A stretch of DNA of 64,000 bases from Macrostomum lignano (lineage: Eukaryota). A program made the position numbers and the translations under genes. This document shows positions 23,643 to 36,684 of this stretch, piece by piece. Position 1 is the stretch's first letter. The number at the start of each line of letters is the position of its first letter. The stretch spans positions 1-64,000 of the forward strand of contig NIVC01002381.1 of NCBI GenBank assembly GCA_002269645.1. Reading direction: 5' to 3'. The notes beneath the pieces were generated by a model. That model was not told where the DNA came from. It saw only the letters and a program-made list of their open reading frames with translations, and did no database searches.

Positions 23643-26600
23643 ATGCACAACCTGCTAGGCAGCAACTATCCTGGTGGACTGCAGAACATTGGTAATTTTA
23701 GCAGGCATACACCTGAAGTACAGCTCACTTTCTAATTCTTTGCAAGCTGAGGCATGCGCTATTTTCTAATATTTCAGGCAATACCTGCTATGCCAATGCT
23801 GTGCTGCAGGTGCTCTGCTACACGCCAGGCCTCTACAATCATCTCAGAAAGGTTGTGCTATTCATACATCGCATTGATCGGGTGCGCTCAGTTCTAAAAG
23901 AGGTGAGCTGGTAACCTGGGGCTGGACAACTGCTCTCCACTCCAATATCGTCTTGGATCCTTGAATTTGATGGTGAATATTTTCTGTTCCACTTTGCAGC
24001 TTGTGACAGAGTCGATGCAGGAGAAGCTGGCGCTGCCATTGTCCTGCGCTTTTGTGGAGCACATGTTTAGGGTGAGTTTTGGATTCGGCTCGGGATCAGT
24101 TTCGGTGCTGGGTGGGGAATTGGGATCAGTTTCGGTGCTGGGTGGGGAATTGGGATCAGTTTCGGTGCTGGGTGGGGAATTGGGATCAGTTTCAGTGCTG
24201 GGTGGGGAATTGGGATCGGTTTCAGTGCTGGGTGGGGAATTGGGATCGGTTTCAGTGCTGGGTGGGGAATTGGGATCAGTTTCAGTGCTGGGTGGGGAAT
24301 TGGGATCAGTTTCGGTGCTGGGTGGGGAATTGGGATCAGTTTCGGTGCTGGGTGGGGAATTGGGATCAGTTTCAGTGCTGGGTGGGGAATTGGGATCGGT
24401 TTCAGTGCTGGGTGGGGAATTGGGATCGGTTTCAGTGCTGGGTGGGGAATTGGGATCAGTTTCAATGCTGGGTGGGGAATTGGGATCAGTTTCAATGCTG
24501 GGTGGGGAATTGAGATCAGTTTCGATGCTGGGTGCTGATTAATCCACTGCTGAAGTCAATGAATATGGCTGTAAGTTACTCACTAAGTAGCACTGAGCAG
24601 TATGCATAAATCATCGCAGGTGTTTCGCATGATTCGGGTGGAACGGCGCACCTGTCGCCCGGGGCCGCTTCTCCGCATCCTCCGGTCTATGCACTGCGCC
24701 TTCACGCCCGGCGAGGAGCACGACGCCCAGGAGCTGCTGCTGTGCGCGCTGGACGCTGTCCAGTCGGCGATGCGCGACCTGCAGGCCTTTCGCAACTCGC
24801 TGGCTGAGCTGGCGCGGGGACTGGGGGAGCAGCCCGCCCGCCGGCTGTTGCCGCTGCCTCAGCGATTCGCCGCCTCCACCAGCCTGGAGGAGGCCCTTGC
24901 GGTGCCAGACATCCCAGACGATGACAGTTCGGCTGAAGCCTCCGCCGAGCCCGCCGAGGCTGCCGCTGCTGGCTCGGATTCCTACGACGCACCGCTCCTC
25001 CGGCTTGACGAGTTCGTCGACGATGACGACTTGTTTTCCATCACGGCCGCCGCCACCGCTGCTCAGGACGATGGCGACTCGCCGTTCCTATCCGCCACTG
25101 CCGCGCCCACCTCCGCCGCCTCGGCCGTGTCCACCGCCGGCGCCGACCGGGCCGCCTCCACCCCATCGCCGCTGTCGCCCTGCCTGTCGCCGCGCAGCCC
25201 CGCTGCCGCCGAGGACGGGCCGGACGCGGCCGCGGATCTGCTGCCCGGCCTGACCGCCCACCCCGCTGTGCAGCAGCCGCCTCACCGACAGCTGCCAGTG
25301 AAGTCGTTCTCGCGCAACCGGGACCGGCAGCCCAGCAGCTTCGACCGGGCCTTCGGCGCCGACGCCTTCAAATTGCGTGGCGGCGCCCGCGCCAACCGGC
25401 TGATCGCCGCAGAGTCTCCGAGGCGGCCGCTCGGCCAGCAAAATCTCGCCGTCAACTCCGGCGGCCTGCCGTCCGCAACGCTGTCGCCTCATCAATCGCA
25501 TCTGCCAGCCTCCGCGGCGGCTGCCGCAGCTGCCACATCCGCTGCCGTGGCCGCCGTCTCCGCCGCGGTTGCCGGCAAGCGGTCTCTCAGCGCGGCCCTG
25601 GACTCCTCCCTGCCGGCTGCGCTGATTCCAGCCACCCTCCAGCCGCCTTCATCTCCTTCGACGCTCACCTCGCCCGCCTCCTCCAAGCTGCCCATGCTCT
25701 CCGCTGCCGTCGCGGCCATCAACGGCGCCGGTCCCACTAACGACGAGAATTTCGGCGCTTCGCCGTTGAAACGGCAGCGCCGCCTGCTGTCTTCAGCGTC
25801 CTCCTCTTCTGGCGTCGCCTTGTCCGTGACGAACTCGGCGGGGTCGGAGGCTGCGGCCAACCGCGGCGGCTCTGCTGGCTTCACCCTGGCTGAGCTGGTC
25901 GGCTGCATCGAGGCGCTGGACATCGGAGATCCTCGGCTTCACGACTTTGTGGGCAGTCGAATGACTGGTGAGTCCAGAGAATCGCCTGGAGCTGGCATAG
26001 AGCATCGCCTAGAGCTGCCATAGAGAATCGCCTGGAGCTGGCATAGAATCGCTCGGAGCTGGCATAGAGAATCGCTCAGAACTTGTATAGAGAAGCCCAT
26101 TGGCTGGCATAGAGCATCGCCTAAAGCTGGCATAGAGAACTGTCTGGAGCTGGCATCAAATCGCCTTGAACTGGTATAGCATCACTCTTGCTGGCATAGA
26201 GAATCGCTCAGAGCTGGCATAGAGAACTGTCTGGGGCTGGCATAGAGAATCGCCTGGAGCTGGCATAGACAATCGCCTAGGGCTGGCATTCAGAATCGCC
26301 TCGGGCTGGCATTAAGAACCGCCTCGGGCTGGCATAGACAATCGCCTGGAGCTGGCATAGAGAATCGCTCAGAGCTGGCGTAGAGAATCGCTCAGAGCTG
26401 GCATAGAGAATCGCTCAGAGCTGGCAAAGAGAATTGCCCTTATCTGATATGGAGAAGCGCCCTGGGCTTTGCTTATAGTATCCTGTCACATCCTGTGAGG
26501 TGTCTGGTGCTGTCCAGTGCTTATTGATACAGGCCAACTTTCCATTTCTAATTTAACTTTGCCAGGCCAGCAGCAGTACACCACCCGGTGCATGGAGTGC

Positions 26601-29600
26601 GAATCTGAGACGGTCAAATGCCAGCCATTCAGCATCATCAGCTGCCCAGTCAAGCCTCATCGACGCTCGCCCGCTGCAGACGGAACCGCCAGCCCATCGG
26701 CTGCCACCGGCGCCGACGCGTTTGAATCGCAGATTTGCGGCGAAGTTCGAACTCTTGTTGCTGAGCCGGATGGTCAGTTGAACATGTCAACTGGTGAGCC
26801 TTTTAAACTTTTGCGCAATGGCGTTAGTGTTACCCAAACCAGTCCGTGAAATTCTAAACTATTCTACAAGGCTGAATAATCTTTTACCAGTCCGTGAATC
26901 ACTTTTAAAATCCCGTGAACCGCACCACAACCAGTCTCCGTGAACCTCACCAGAACCAGTCCCGTGAACATCACCACAAACCAGTCCCCGTGAACCTCAC
27001 CACAAACCAGTCCCGTGAACCTCAAAGGAACCAGTCCTGTGAACCTCACCAGAACCAGCCCATGAACCTCACCACAAACCAGTCCCGTGAACTTCAAGGG
27101 AACCAGTCCTGTGAACCTCACCAGAACCAGTCCCGTGAACCTCACCAGAACCAGTCCCGTGAACCTCACCAGAACCAGTCCCGTGAACCTCACCACAAAC
27201 CAATCCCCGTGAACCTCACCAGAAGCAGTCCCGTGAACCACACCAGAACCAATCCCGTGAACCGCACCACAACCAGTCTCCGTGAACCTCACCAGAACCA
27301 GTCCCGTGAACCTCACCACAAACCAGTCCCGTGAACCTCACCACAAACCAGTCTCCGTGAACCTCACCAGAACCAGTCCCGTGAACCTCACCAGAACCAG
27401 TCCCGTGAACCTCACCACAAACCAGCTCCCGTGAACCTCACCACAAACCAGTCCCCGTGAACCTCACCAGAACCAGCCCATGAACCTCACCACAAACCAG
27501 TCCCCGTGAACCTCACCACAAACCAGTCCCGTGAACCTCAAGGGAACCAGTCTCCGTGAACCTCACCAGAACCAGTCCCGTGAACCTCACCAGAACCAGT
27601 CCCGTGAACCTCACCACAAACCAGCTCCCGTGAACCTCACCACAAACCAGTCCCCGTGAACCTCACCAGAACCAGCCCATGAACCTCACCACAAACCAGT
27701 CCCCGTGAACCTCACCACAAACCAGTCCCGTGAACCTCAAGGGAACCAGTCCTGTGAACCTCACCAGAACCTGTTCCGTGAACCTCAACAGAACCAGTCC
27801 CTGTGAACCTCACCACAAACCAGTCCCCGTGAACCTCACCAGAACCTGTTCCGTGAACCTCAACAGAACCAGTCCCTGTGAACCTCACCAGAACCAGTCC
27901 CCGTGAACCTCACCAGAACCAGTCCCGTGAACCTCACCAGAACCAGTCCCCGTGAACCTCACCAGAACCAGTCCCGTGAACCTCACCAGAACCAGTCCCG
28001 TGAACCTCACCAGAACCAGTCCCCGTGAACCTCACCAGAACCTGTTCCGTGAACCTCAACAGAACCAGTCCCTGTGAACCTCACCAGAACCAGTCCCCGT
28101 GAACCTCACCAGAACCAGTCCCGTGAACCTCACCAGAACCAGTCCCCGTGAACCTCACCAGAACCAGTCCCGTGAACCTCACCACAAACCAATCCCCGTG
28201 AACCTCACCAGAACCAGTCCCGTGAACCTCACCACAACCAGTCCCGTAAACCGCACCAAAAAAGGCCGCAACTCATTTACCATCTCAGAATCAGACGCGG
28301 ACTCCGAGCTGCCGTTTCCCCACTGCGTTCTGCGAGAGGAGGAGCGGCTGACAGGTGATGACAAGTTCCTGTGCGACCGGTGCAGCGAGCTGCAGGAAGC
28401 CAGTCTGCGCCTCACCTACGGCTGCCTCCCGCCCCTGCTCTGCCTACACCTGAAGCGCTTTAGCCTGGACAGCCGCGGCTGCGTCACCAAGATCAACGAG
28501 CCGGTGCAGATACCCGCCGAGTTTCGGCACCGCGAGCCCGACGGAACTGAGAGAAGGTGAGCAGCAGTGACTGTCATATCTTTTGGTTTGCGTATCTGAA
28601 TGTATGTAGTTCTGTCTCCGTGCGGTTAGGGGGCTTCTCCAGGTCTGGGTGTCCTTAGGGGTGTCTTTTAAGTGGTTATCCTTGGGATTGTCTACTGTGT
28701 GGGTGTCCGGGTTGTCCTTTTGAGGGGGTGTCCTTCAGGGTTGTCCTCTAAGAGGGGTGTCCTTCGGGGTGTCCCCTAGGTGGGGGTCGGCGTTTGTCCT
28801 CTAGAATGTCCAGTAGGCAGTTGTCCTCTAGAATGTCCAGTAGGCAGTTGTCCTCTAGAATGTCCAGTAGGCAGTTGTCCTCTAGAATGTCCAGTAGGCA
28901 GTTGTCCTCTAGAATGTCCAGTAGGCAGTTGTCCTCTAGAATGTCCAGTAGGCAGTTGTCCTCTAGAATGTCCAGTAGGCAGTTGTCCTCTAGAATGTCC
29001 AGTAGGCAGTTGTCCTCTAGAATGTCCAGTAGGCAGTTGTCCTCTAGAATGTCCAGTAGGCAGTTGTCCTCTAGAATGTCCAGTAGGCAGTTGTCCTCTA
29101 GAATGTCCAGTAGGCAGTTGTCCTCTAGAATGTCCAATAGGCAGTTGTCCTCTAGAATGTCCAGTAGGCAGTTGTCCTCTAGAATGTCCAGTAGGCAGTT
29201 GTCCTCTAGAATGTCCAGTAGGCAGTTGTCCTCTAGAATGTCCAGTAGGCAGTTGTCCTCTAGAATGTCCAGTAGGCAGTTGTCCTCTAGAATGTCCAGT
29301 AGGCAGTTGTCCCGACCCGACGCTGGTGCCTGGTTATAGTGAGGCTCTGTACAAAGTAGTCAGTTCTCAAGCCCCCCTGCCGCTCCGCCCGCCGCAGGTA
29401 CGAGCTGTACGCTGTGATCATTCACGACGGCCTGACCATCTCCTCGGGCCACTACACCAGCCTGGTGCGCCTGCCCGAGCCCGGCAGCGGCTGGTTCAGC
29501 TTCGACGATGACTACGTGAGGCCGGTGGGCTCCGCCCAGCTGGACATGGTGCTGTCACCCAGCCAGACAGCCTCCAAGACGCCATACGTGGTGCTGTACT

Positions 29601-29656
29601 CTGCAGGGCCCGCCGAGGCGTGTGCGGCTGCCGCTGCGGGCTCTCAAACTACCTAG
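23643..29656 (+). CDS. USP1: Ubiquitin-specific protease, USP1-like; exons 23643-23691, 23778-23902, 24000-24071, 24620-25967, 26566-26793, 28289-28556, 29398-29656
   Basis: Cys box [43 protein letters not shown], His box [16 protein letters not shown] (TISSGHYT as in USP1) and WFSFDD. All six GT-AG introns join in phase. The start codon is inferred. Confidence 0.88.
24085..24535. repeat. 30-bp minisatellite (TGGGATCAGTTTCGGTGCTGGGTGGGGAAT) in USP1 intron 3
   Basis: About 14-15 near-perfect units. Confidence 0.95.
25975..26425. repeat. ~22-23 bp degenerate minisatellite (GAGAATCGCCTGGAGCTGGCATA) in USP1 intron 4
   Basis: Begins a few nt after the donor at 25968. Confidence 0.88.
26900..28250. 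repeat. ~24-bp minisatellite (GTGAACCTCACCAGAACCAGTCCC) in USP1 intron 5
   Basis: More than 50 units with variant types. Confidence 0.95.
28790..29312. repeat. 27-bp near-perfect minisatellite (TGTCCTCTAGAATGTCCAGTAGGCAGT) in USP1 intron 6
   Basis: About 19 units; degenerate TGTCCT-type precursors lie at 28640-28790. Confidence 0.96.
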
Positions 29657-29839
29657 ACCATTTTTTTAATTTATTAGCTTTTGTCATTATTGTATCCGAT
29701 TTTCCAATGCCCGCGTCTCGATAGCGGTTTTTTATAAGCTCGAGACCTTTCTTGTACTTTTCTGTTGTTGTTCAGGTAGAGTTGGGCTTGTTGGGTGCGA
29801 CATGTGAGACTGTGGCCTCTGTCTCGCTTCACTGAGGGT

Positions 29840-30112
29840 TCAGGACTGGCTATCAGAGTTCAGGAGTGAGAATTCAGGGCTGGCTATCAGAGTTCAGGAG
29901 TGAGAATTCAGGGCTGGCTATCAGAGTTCAGGAGTGAGAATTCAGGGCTGGCTATCAGAGTTCAGGAGTGAGAATTCAGGGCTGGCTATCAGAGTTCAGG
30001 AGTGAGAATTCAGGGCTGGCTATCAGAGTTCAGGAGTGAGAATTCAGGGCTGGCTATCAGAGTTCAGGAGTGAGAATTCAGGGCTGGCTATCAGAGTTCA
30101 GGAGTGAGAATT
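29840..30112. repeat. 34-bp minisatellite (GGCTGGCTATCAGAGTTCAGGAGTGAGAATTCAG)
   Basis: About 8 units downstream of the USP1 stop. Confidence 0.93.
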
Positions 30113-30856
30113 ATTGCATACGGAAGCCATATCTGAAAAGTATGCCGCTGAATAGGGAGAAATTTTCCCACTGCCAGATGCACCCGGGCCCAGCTGTGCA
30201 ATATTTACTACTGTTAGTAATATTTCAAACTGGTATGTATTAAAAAAATGAATTGAGTGCTATTGTGAACTGCATCTATTGTCCAGCCTCTTCTATTTAC
30301 TACTCGGTGTGTTCGTTCAGTAGTAGTATGTTCAGCCGGAGCCGTCAGCTGTGGCGCTGCACTCCCGGCTCTGCTGTTTTTAAGCACCCCGCCTTTTGCA
30401 TTTCAAGCGGCCCCTGATGATTGCCGCTGCTCCCAGCTTCTCTTTCTCCCCGCTTGTTCAGCCCGTGGCCTGCAATTTTCCCCGCTCTCAGCAGCACCTC
30501 CCAGCTCGCCTGTCCCGTTCTGCTATATGCCTGTTTACAAACTTAACCCACCTGTCGATCAGTTAAAAGTACAGCCTGTGTACTTTTTGTTTTAATTTAT
30601 AAATGTAAATTTCTCGGCCCTGCAGCTGCTCAATGGTTTTATTGGGGCGTCCTGGCACTGCAGGGTCGCTTTTTCTAAGAAATGTTGGCTGATGCTGTTC
30701 TATCAGGCCGAGGGCCTCCGCCTCTGCGCTAAATATAAGGAGAGTCCCGAGTTCTACACCTGCCTGTGTTCCGCTGCCGTTCCATCAAAACCCACGCCGG
30801 ATGCGCCGGATCTCTTCCCGTGTGTTTCTATTCCTATATGGTTCATTCCCTCATCC

Positions 30857-31807
30857 TGGCTAGATTAGCAATCCATTCTATTCCTGCATCCATGATAGGC
30901 TAGATTAGCAATCCATTCTATTCCTGCACCCATGATAGGCTAGATTAGCAATCCAATCTATTCCTGCACCCGTGATAGGCTAGATTAGCAATCCATTCTA
31001 TTCCTGCATCCATGATAGGCTAGATTAGCAATCCATTCTATTCCTGCACCCATGATAGGCTAGATTAGCAATCCAATCTATTCCTGCACCCGTGATAGGC
31101 TAGATTAGCAATCCATTCTATTCCTGCACCCATGATAGGCTAGATTAGCAATCCATTCTATTCCTGCACCCATGATAGGCTAGATTAGCAATCCAATCTA
31201 TTCCTGCACCCGTGATAGGCTAGATTAGCAATCCATTCTATTCCTGCACCCATGATAGGCTAGATTAGCAATCCATTCTATTCCTGCACCCATGATAGGC
31301 TAGATTAGCAATCCATTCTATTCCTGCATCCATGATAGGCTAGATTAGCAATCCATTCTATTCCTGCATCCATGATAGGCTAGGTTAGCAATCCATTCTA
31401 TTCCTGCACCCATGACAGGCTAGATTAGCAATCCATTCTATTCCTGCACCCATGATAGGCTAGATTAGCAATCCATTCTATTCCTGCATCCATGATAGGC
31501 TAGATTAGCAATCCATTCTATTCCTGCATCCATGATAGGCTAGATTAGCAATCCATTCGATTCCTGCACCCATGATAGGCTAGATTAGCAATCCATTATA
31601 TTCCTGCACCCATGATAGGCTAGGTTAGCAATCCATTCTATTCCTGCATCCATGATAGGCTAGATTAGCAATCCATTCTATTCCTGCACCCATGATAGGC
31701 TAGATTAGCAATCCATTCTATTCCTGCACCCATGATAGGCTAGATTAGCAATCCATTCTATTCCTGCACCCATGATAGGCTAGATTAGCAATCCATTCTA
31801 TTCCTGC
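30857..31807 (-). repeat. 40-bp satellite array 2 (~24 units), reverse orientation
   Basis: Reverse complement of the unit at 11781. Confidence 0.96.
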
Positions 31808-33512
31808 TGAGAGCTGTCAGGCAGATTCGAGCCGCTTCCTTGGCTGTACCAAGAACTGCAGAAGTTGTGTGACGAAATTTGTAACATTCTGCAATAGAAA
31901 ACTGCTGAGAATCAGTTGGGGAAAGCTAGGAAGATCAAAAAGCCATGGATACGAGAGAATGCGTAACAAGAGAGGGATGGACAGCTGCAACAAGAGAGGG
32001 AGAAGAGAAGGAAGAGGAAGCAGGAGGCAACTGATCTGTGATAGTATAGAGCTGCCAGCAAAGAGTGCAGAAAAGCACTCAACGAAGCGAAGAACAAAGG
32101 GGTGGAAGACGAAACCAGGGGAAAATGAAGACTGCATGATACGCAGCAACACTGACCAGGTCTAATGAAGTCATGAAGAAGCCACGTAGCACGAGGGCAA
32201 CTGAGATCAAATGCAAGCACACACAGCTGCCATGGAATAAAAATGGGAATCTTGCAAGACTGAGGCGGATACTGCAGAAATGTGGGAAGAATATTGCAGA
32301 GATCTTCACAACTAGGAGGTACAGAAGGACTCCAAAGTGCTAGATGAAGCTGTGCAGCAGGAAAACATCAAAGAAGAGGAAGAAATCTTAGTGTCGGAAG
32401 TTGAAGCTGCCATGGAGCAAGCTGAAGCAGAACAAGAACTCATTCAAGTTGGTTGGGAAATCACAGCGAAAGTGCTACACAAGCTTTGCAAAAAGATCCT
32501 GAAGACAAGAAAGGTGCCGAGTCAGTGAGCAAAAGGTATTCTCATCACCATAATGAAGACTAACAGTAGGAAGTGTACGGACTACGGAACCATCAGACTA
32601 AATCTGTCACGCGTCAAAGGTGATTCAGAAGAGGAAGAAGCACTGCTCAACAGATAGCGACCTTGAGAACTATGAGCGAGAAAGCAAGAGACGTTGAAAA
32701 CGATCTGTCACAACTTAGATATTCGAAAAGCTTTTGATAGAGTCTGACATGAGGAACTGTGGTACTCAAAGGGCAAGTATATAACATTGGGAAAGGAATA
32801 ACTGCGTTGATCAGGAGCTTGCACGATGGATTAAAATCTAAAGTTCTGTCTGGTGAGTAGTTTACAGAGTGGTTCCGGACTACTGTTGGTTGCGACAAGG
32901 ATGCCCGCTGTTGCCTGTCCTGTTCAACTTTTGTCTTGGGAGAATCATTAAAATAACACTTGAAGGCCATTTTCGAGGCGTGAGATGCGCCGGGAGACGG
33001 ATAAATGATCTCCGATTTGTTGGTGACATCCTGGATGAAGATGCGGATGCTCTGCAGGTTACGGGAAGACTTGGGGAAACTTGATGACGGACAAGAGGAG
33101 GGACATATTTAGTTATTGAATGTAAGGGTTAATCGGATCGGTAGTCATGGCAACGAGCTGGACAATGGATAAGAAAGATGAAAAGAAACCGAGAGCTTTC
33201 GGGATGAAGACCTACAGAAGGATGACTGGAAAAAAAGGAAGTGATAAGGATCTACGGAAAGGAGGTGGGCTTTGTGAATCTGATTAAGAGAAGGAAATTC
33301 CGCTTTTTCGGACATGTTGCGAGAAGTGCTGGAGTGCTGAGGCTGTGGTTAAAACTGCTGTTGAGGGACGAAGAGACAAGCAGGCAATCTCAAGGAGTGA
33401 AATGGAGAAGATGGTGCAGCTGAGCAGGACGGCCTTAGCTCGAAGGAGGTGGAGAACCGCTGTCGAGAAACGGGTGCACCAACGGCCTTACTGGCGTGGA
33501 CGTGATGATGAT
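31808..33512 (+). mobile_element. Decayed RTE-clade LINE (RT and flanking region, internally deleted) inserted in the 40-bp satellite
   Basis: WEEYCRDL, EEILVSEVEAAM, LHKLCKKI...VPSQ*, LRQGCPLLPVLFN, RRINDLRFVGD (degraded RT active-site region), RKFRFFGHVAR, and a 3' (TGA)n-type tail at ~33501-33512. Confidence 0.82.
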
Positions 33513-33519
33513 GCATCTA

Positions 33520-34036
33520 TGTAGGCTAGATTAGCAATCCATTCTATTCCTGCATCCATGATAGGCTAGATTAGCAATCCATTCTATTCCTGCATCCATG
33601 ATAGGCTAGATTAGCAATCCATTCTATTCCTGCACCCATGATAGGCTAGATTAGCAATCCATTCTATTCCTGCATCCATGATAGGCTAGATTAGCAATCC
33701 ATTCTATTCCTGCATCCATGATAGGCTAGATTAGCAATCCATTCTATTCCTGCACCCATGATAGGCTAGATTAGCAATCCATTCTATTCCTGCACCCATG
33801 ATAGGCTAGATTAGCAATCCATTCTATTCCTGCATCCATGATAGGCTAGATTAGCAATCCATTCTATTCCTGCATCCATGATAGGCTAGATTAGCAATCC
33901 ATTCTATTCCTGCACCCATGATAGGCTAGATTAGCAATCCATTCTATTCCTGCACCCATGATAGGCTAGATTAGCAATCCATTCTATTCCTGCACCCATG
34001 ATAGGCTAGATTAGCAATCCATTCTATTCCTGCATC
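33520..34036 (-). repeat. 40-bp satellite array 3 (~13 units), reverse orientation
   Basis: Continues array 2 in register after the LINE. Confidence 0.96.
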
Positions 34037-34489
34037 CTGGACGCCCATCAGCCGGAGACCCTGTTTCCCATGAGGCCGGAGCTCCCCATCTCATTTGCGG
34101 GATACGTATTCGGCCGCACACTTGTGGGAGATTTGTCCCGCCAGCTTTCCAAATCCCCGTCAGGGCCGGATCAGCTGCATCAAGTTTCCATCAGCATCAC
34201 CGCGACTGTCAGGTGCTCGGGCGCGAGGATTTGGCAATGAGGAAGCCGACCGAGCTTTGGTGAGAGGCGGATGGGATTTGACTAATCCTGCTGCCCAAGT
34301 CCGGTGTTGCGTGACGGGCGGGCGCCTTGCCGACTGAATCGGCCTCGCGTGTCTGCGGCCCAGCCCTCAGAGGCTGCCGGCATTTCCTGCAGACGGAGCT
34401 TTGAAGTGAAGTCCGTTTGTTGCAGCAGCCTTTTTGCTTGGGGCGGAAGTGTCTGCTGCGAGTTTACCAACTGGCTTGTCATGCAGGAC

Positions 34490-35492
34490 CTGTTCATTTC
34501 GTGTCTCACCTCTTCATTTCCCGTGTCTCACCTGTTCATTTCCCGTGTCTCACCTGTTCCTTTCACGTGTCTCACCTGTTCCTTTCCCGTGTCTCACCTG
34601 TTCATTTCCCGTGTCTCACCTGTTCATTTCCCATGTCTCACCTGTTCATTTCCCGTGTCTCACCTGTTCATTTCCCGTTTCTCAACTGTTCATTTCCCGT
34701 GTCTCACCTGTTCATTTCCCGTGTCTCACCTGTTCATTTCCCGTGTCTCACCTGTTCATTTCCCGTGTCTCACCTGTTCATTTCCCGTGTCTCACCTGTT
34801 CATTTCCCGTGTCTCACCTGTTCATTTCCCGTTTCTCACCTGTTCATTTCCTGTTTCTCACCTGTTCATTTCCTGTTTCTCACCTGTTCATTTCCCGTTT
34901 CTCACCTGTTCATTTCCCGTTTCTCACCTGTTCATTTCCCGTTTCTCACCTGTTCATTTCCCGTTTCTCACCTGTTCATTTCCCGTTTGTCACCTGTTCA
35001 TTTCCCGTGTCTCTCCTGTTCATTTCCCACTGCCTCCCCTGTTCATTCCCACTGCCTCCCCTGTTCATTCCCACTGCCTCTCCTGTTCATTCCCACTGCC
35101 TCCCCTGTTCATTCCCACTGCCTCTCCTGTTCATTCCCACTGCCTCCCCTGTTCATTCCCACTGCCTCTCCTGTTCATTCCCACTGCCTCCCCTGTTCAT
35201 TCCCACTGCCTCCCCTGTTCATTCCCACTGCCTCCCCTGTTCATTCCCACTGCCTCTCCTGTTCATTCCCACTGCCTCCCCTGTTCATTCCCACTGCCTC
35301 TCCTGTTCATTCCCACTGCCTCCCCTGTTCATTCCCACTGCCTCCCCTGTTCATTCCCACTGCCTCCCCTGTTCATTCCCACTGCCTCTCCTGTTCATTC
35401 CCACTGCCTCCCCTGTTCATTCCCACTGCCTCTCCTGTTCATTCCCACTGCCTCCCCTGTTCATTCCCACTGCCTCCCCTGCTCATTCCCAC
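34490..35492. repeat. Bipartite 22-bp minisatellite (TCACCTGTTCATTTCCCGTGTC switching to CCACTGCCTCCCCTGTTCATTC)
   Basis: Both halves share CCTGTTCATT; the switch is near 35020. Confidence 0.94.
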
Positions 35493-35984
35493 TGACATTT
35501 CATCATTCACGCAATAAAGAAATTCTTCATTTCCCTTGTCCCCCCGAGAATCGGCGAGTAATTTCAATTTGAGAATATAAAAATTGAATATTTCAAGAGG
35601 CGGCCCTACTGTCAAGAGGGCGGCTCTGGCCAGTGCTGGGCAATTGCCGAATTTGAGTTGCACTTGCAGTTGCGGGAACATCGCCCTCTCGCTCACTGAC
35701 CCTCCCGGGCTGTGGGGGCCCGAGCTCGGCAGGAGCGGCTCTGCTAATTGCCGGCATCCTGTTGGGGGGGGGCAGTGACTGGCGGCGAATCGGGTCCGAG
35801 ATCCCCTTTCTCTCCCCTTCATCCAGCGACCAGCCGCTCACTTTGCCGGCTATAAACTTGTTCGGGCGCACTGACAAGCCAGTTGAGATACATTTGGTTC
35901 AAGAGCATCAGTGAGAGATATCAGCCCGTTGGTTAGGTGAGTAATCTTTACAAGTGTTATCCTAATGGCAATTTATCATAGCAA

Positions 35985-36640
35985 CACAGACTAGAAGAAT
36001 CTCAACCCAGACTAGGAGAATCTCAACCCAGACTAGAAGAGTCTCAAATCAGACTAGGAGAATCTCAACACAGAGTAGAGAGCCCCCCTCCACCGGACAA
36101 GGAGAATCCCCACTGAGAGTAAGAGAATCCCCACTGAGAATAGGAGAATCCCCACTGAGAATAGGAGAATCCCCACCGAGAATGGCAGAATCCCCACCGA
36201 GAATAGGATAATCCCCACTGAGAATAGGATAATCCCCACTGAGAATAGGATAATCCCCACTGAGAATAGGAGAATCCCCACTGAGAATAGGAGAATCCCC
36301 ATTGAGAATTGGAGAATCCCCACCGTGAATAGGAGAATCCCCACTGAGAATAGGATAATCCCCACTGAGAATAGGATAATCCCCACTGAGAATAGGAGAA
36401 TCCCCACTGAGAACAGGAGAAGCCCCATTGAGAATAGGAGAATCCCCACCGTGAATAGGAGAATCCCCACTGAGAATAGGAGAATCCCCATTGAGAATAG
36501 GAGAATCCCCACCGTGAATAGGAGAATCCCCACTGAGAATAGGAGAATCCCCACTGAGAATAGGAGAATCCCCACTGAGAATAGGAGAATCCCCACTGAG
36601 AATAGGAGAATCCCCACCGAGAACAGGAGAAGCCCCACCC
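35985..36640. repeat. 21-bp minisatellite (GAGAATAGGAGAATCCCCACT)
   Basis: About 26 units ending ~45 nt before the ATG at 36685. Confidence 0.94.
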
Positions 36641-36684
36641 AGACTTTGGAAATCTCTTCTGGCTAGAAGCCGACACCGCCCAGC

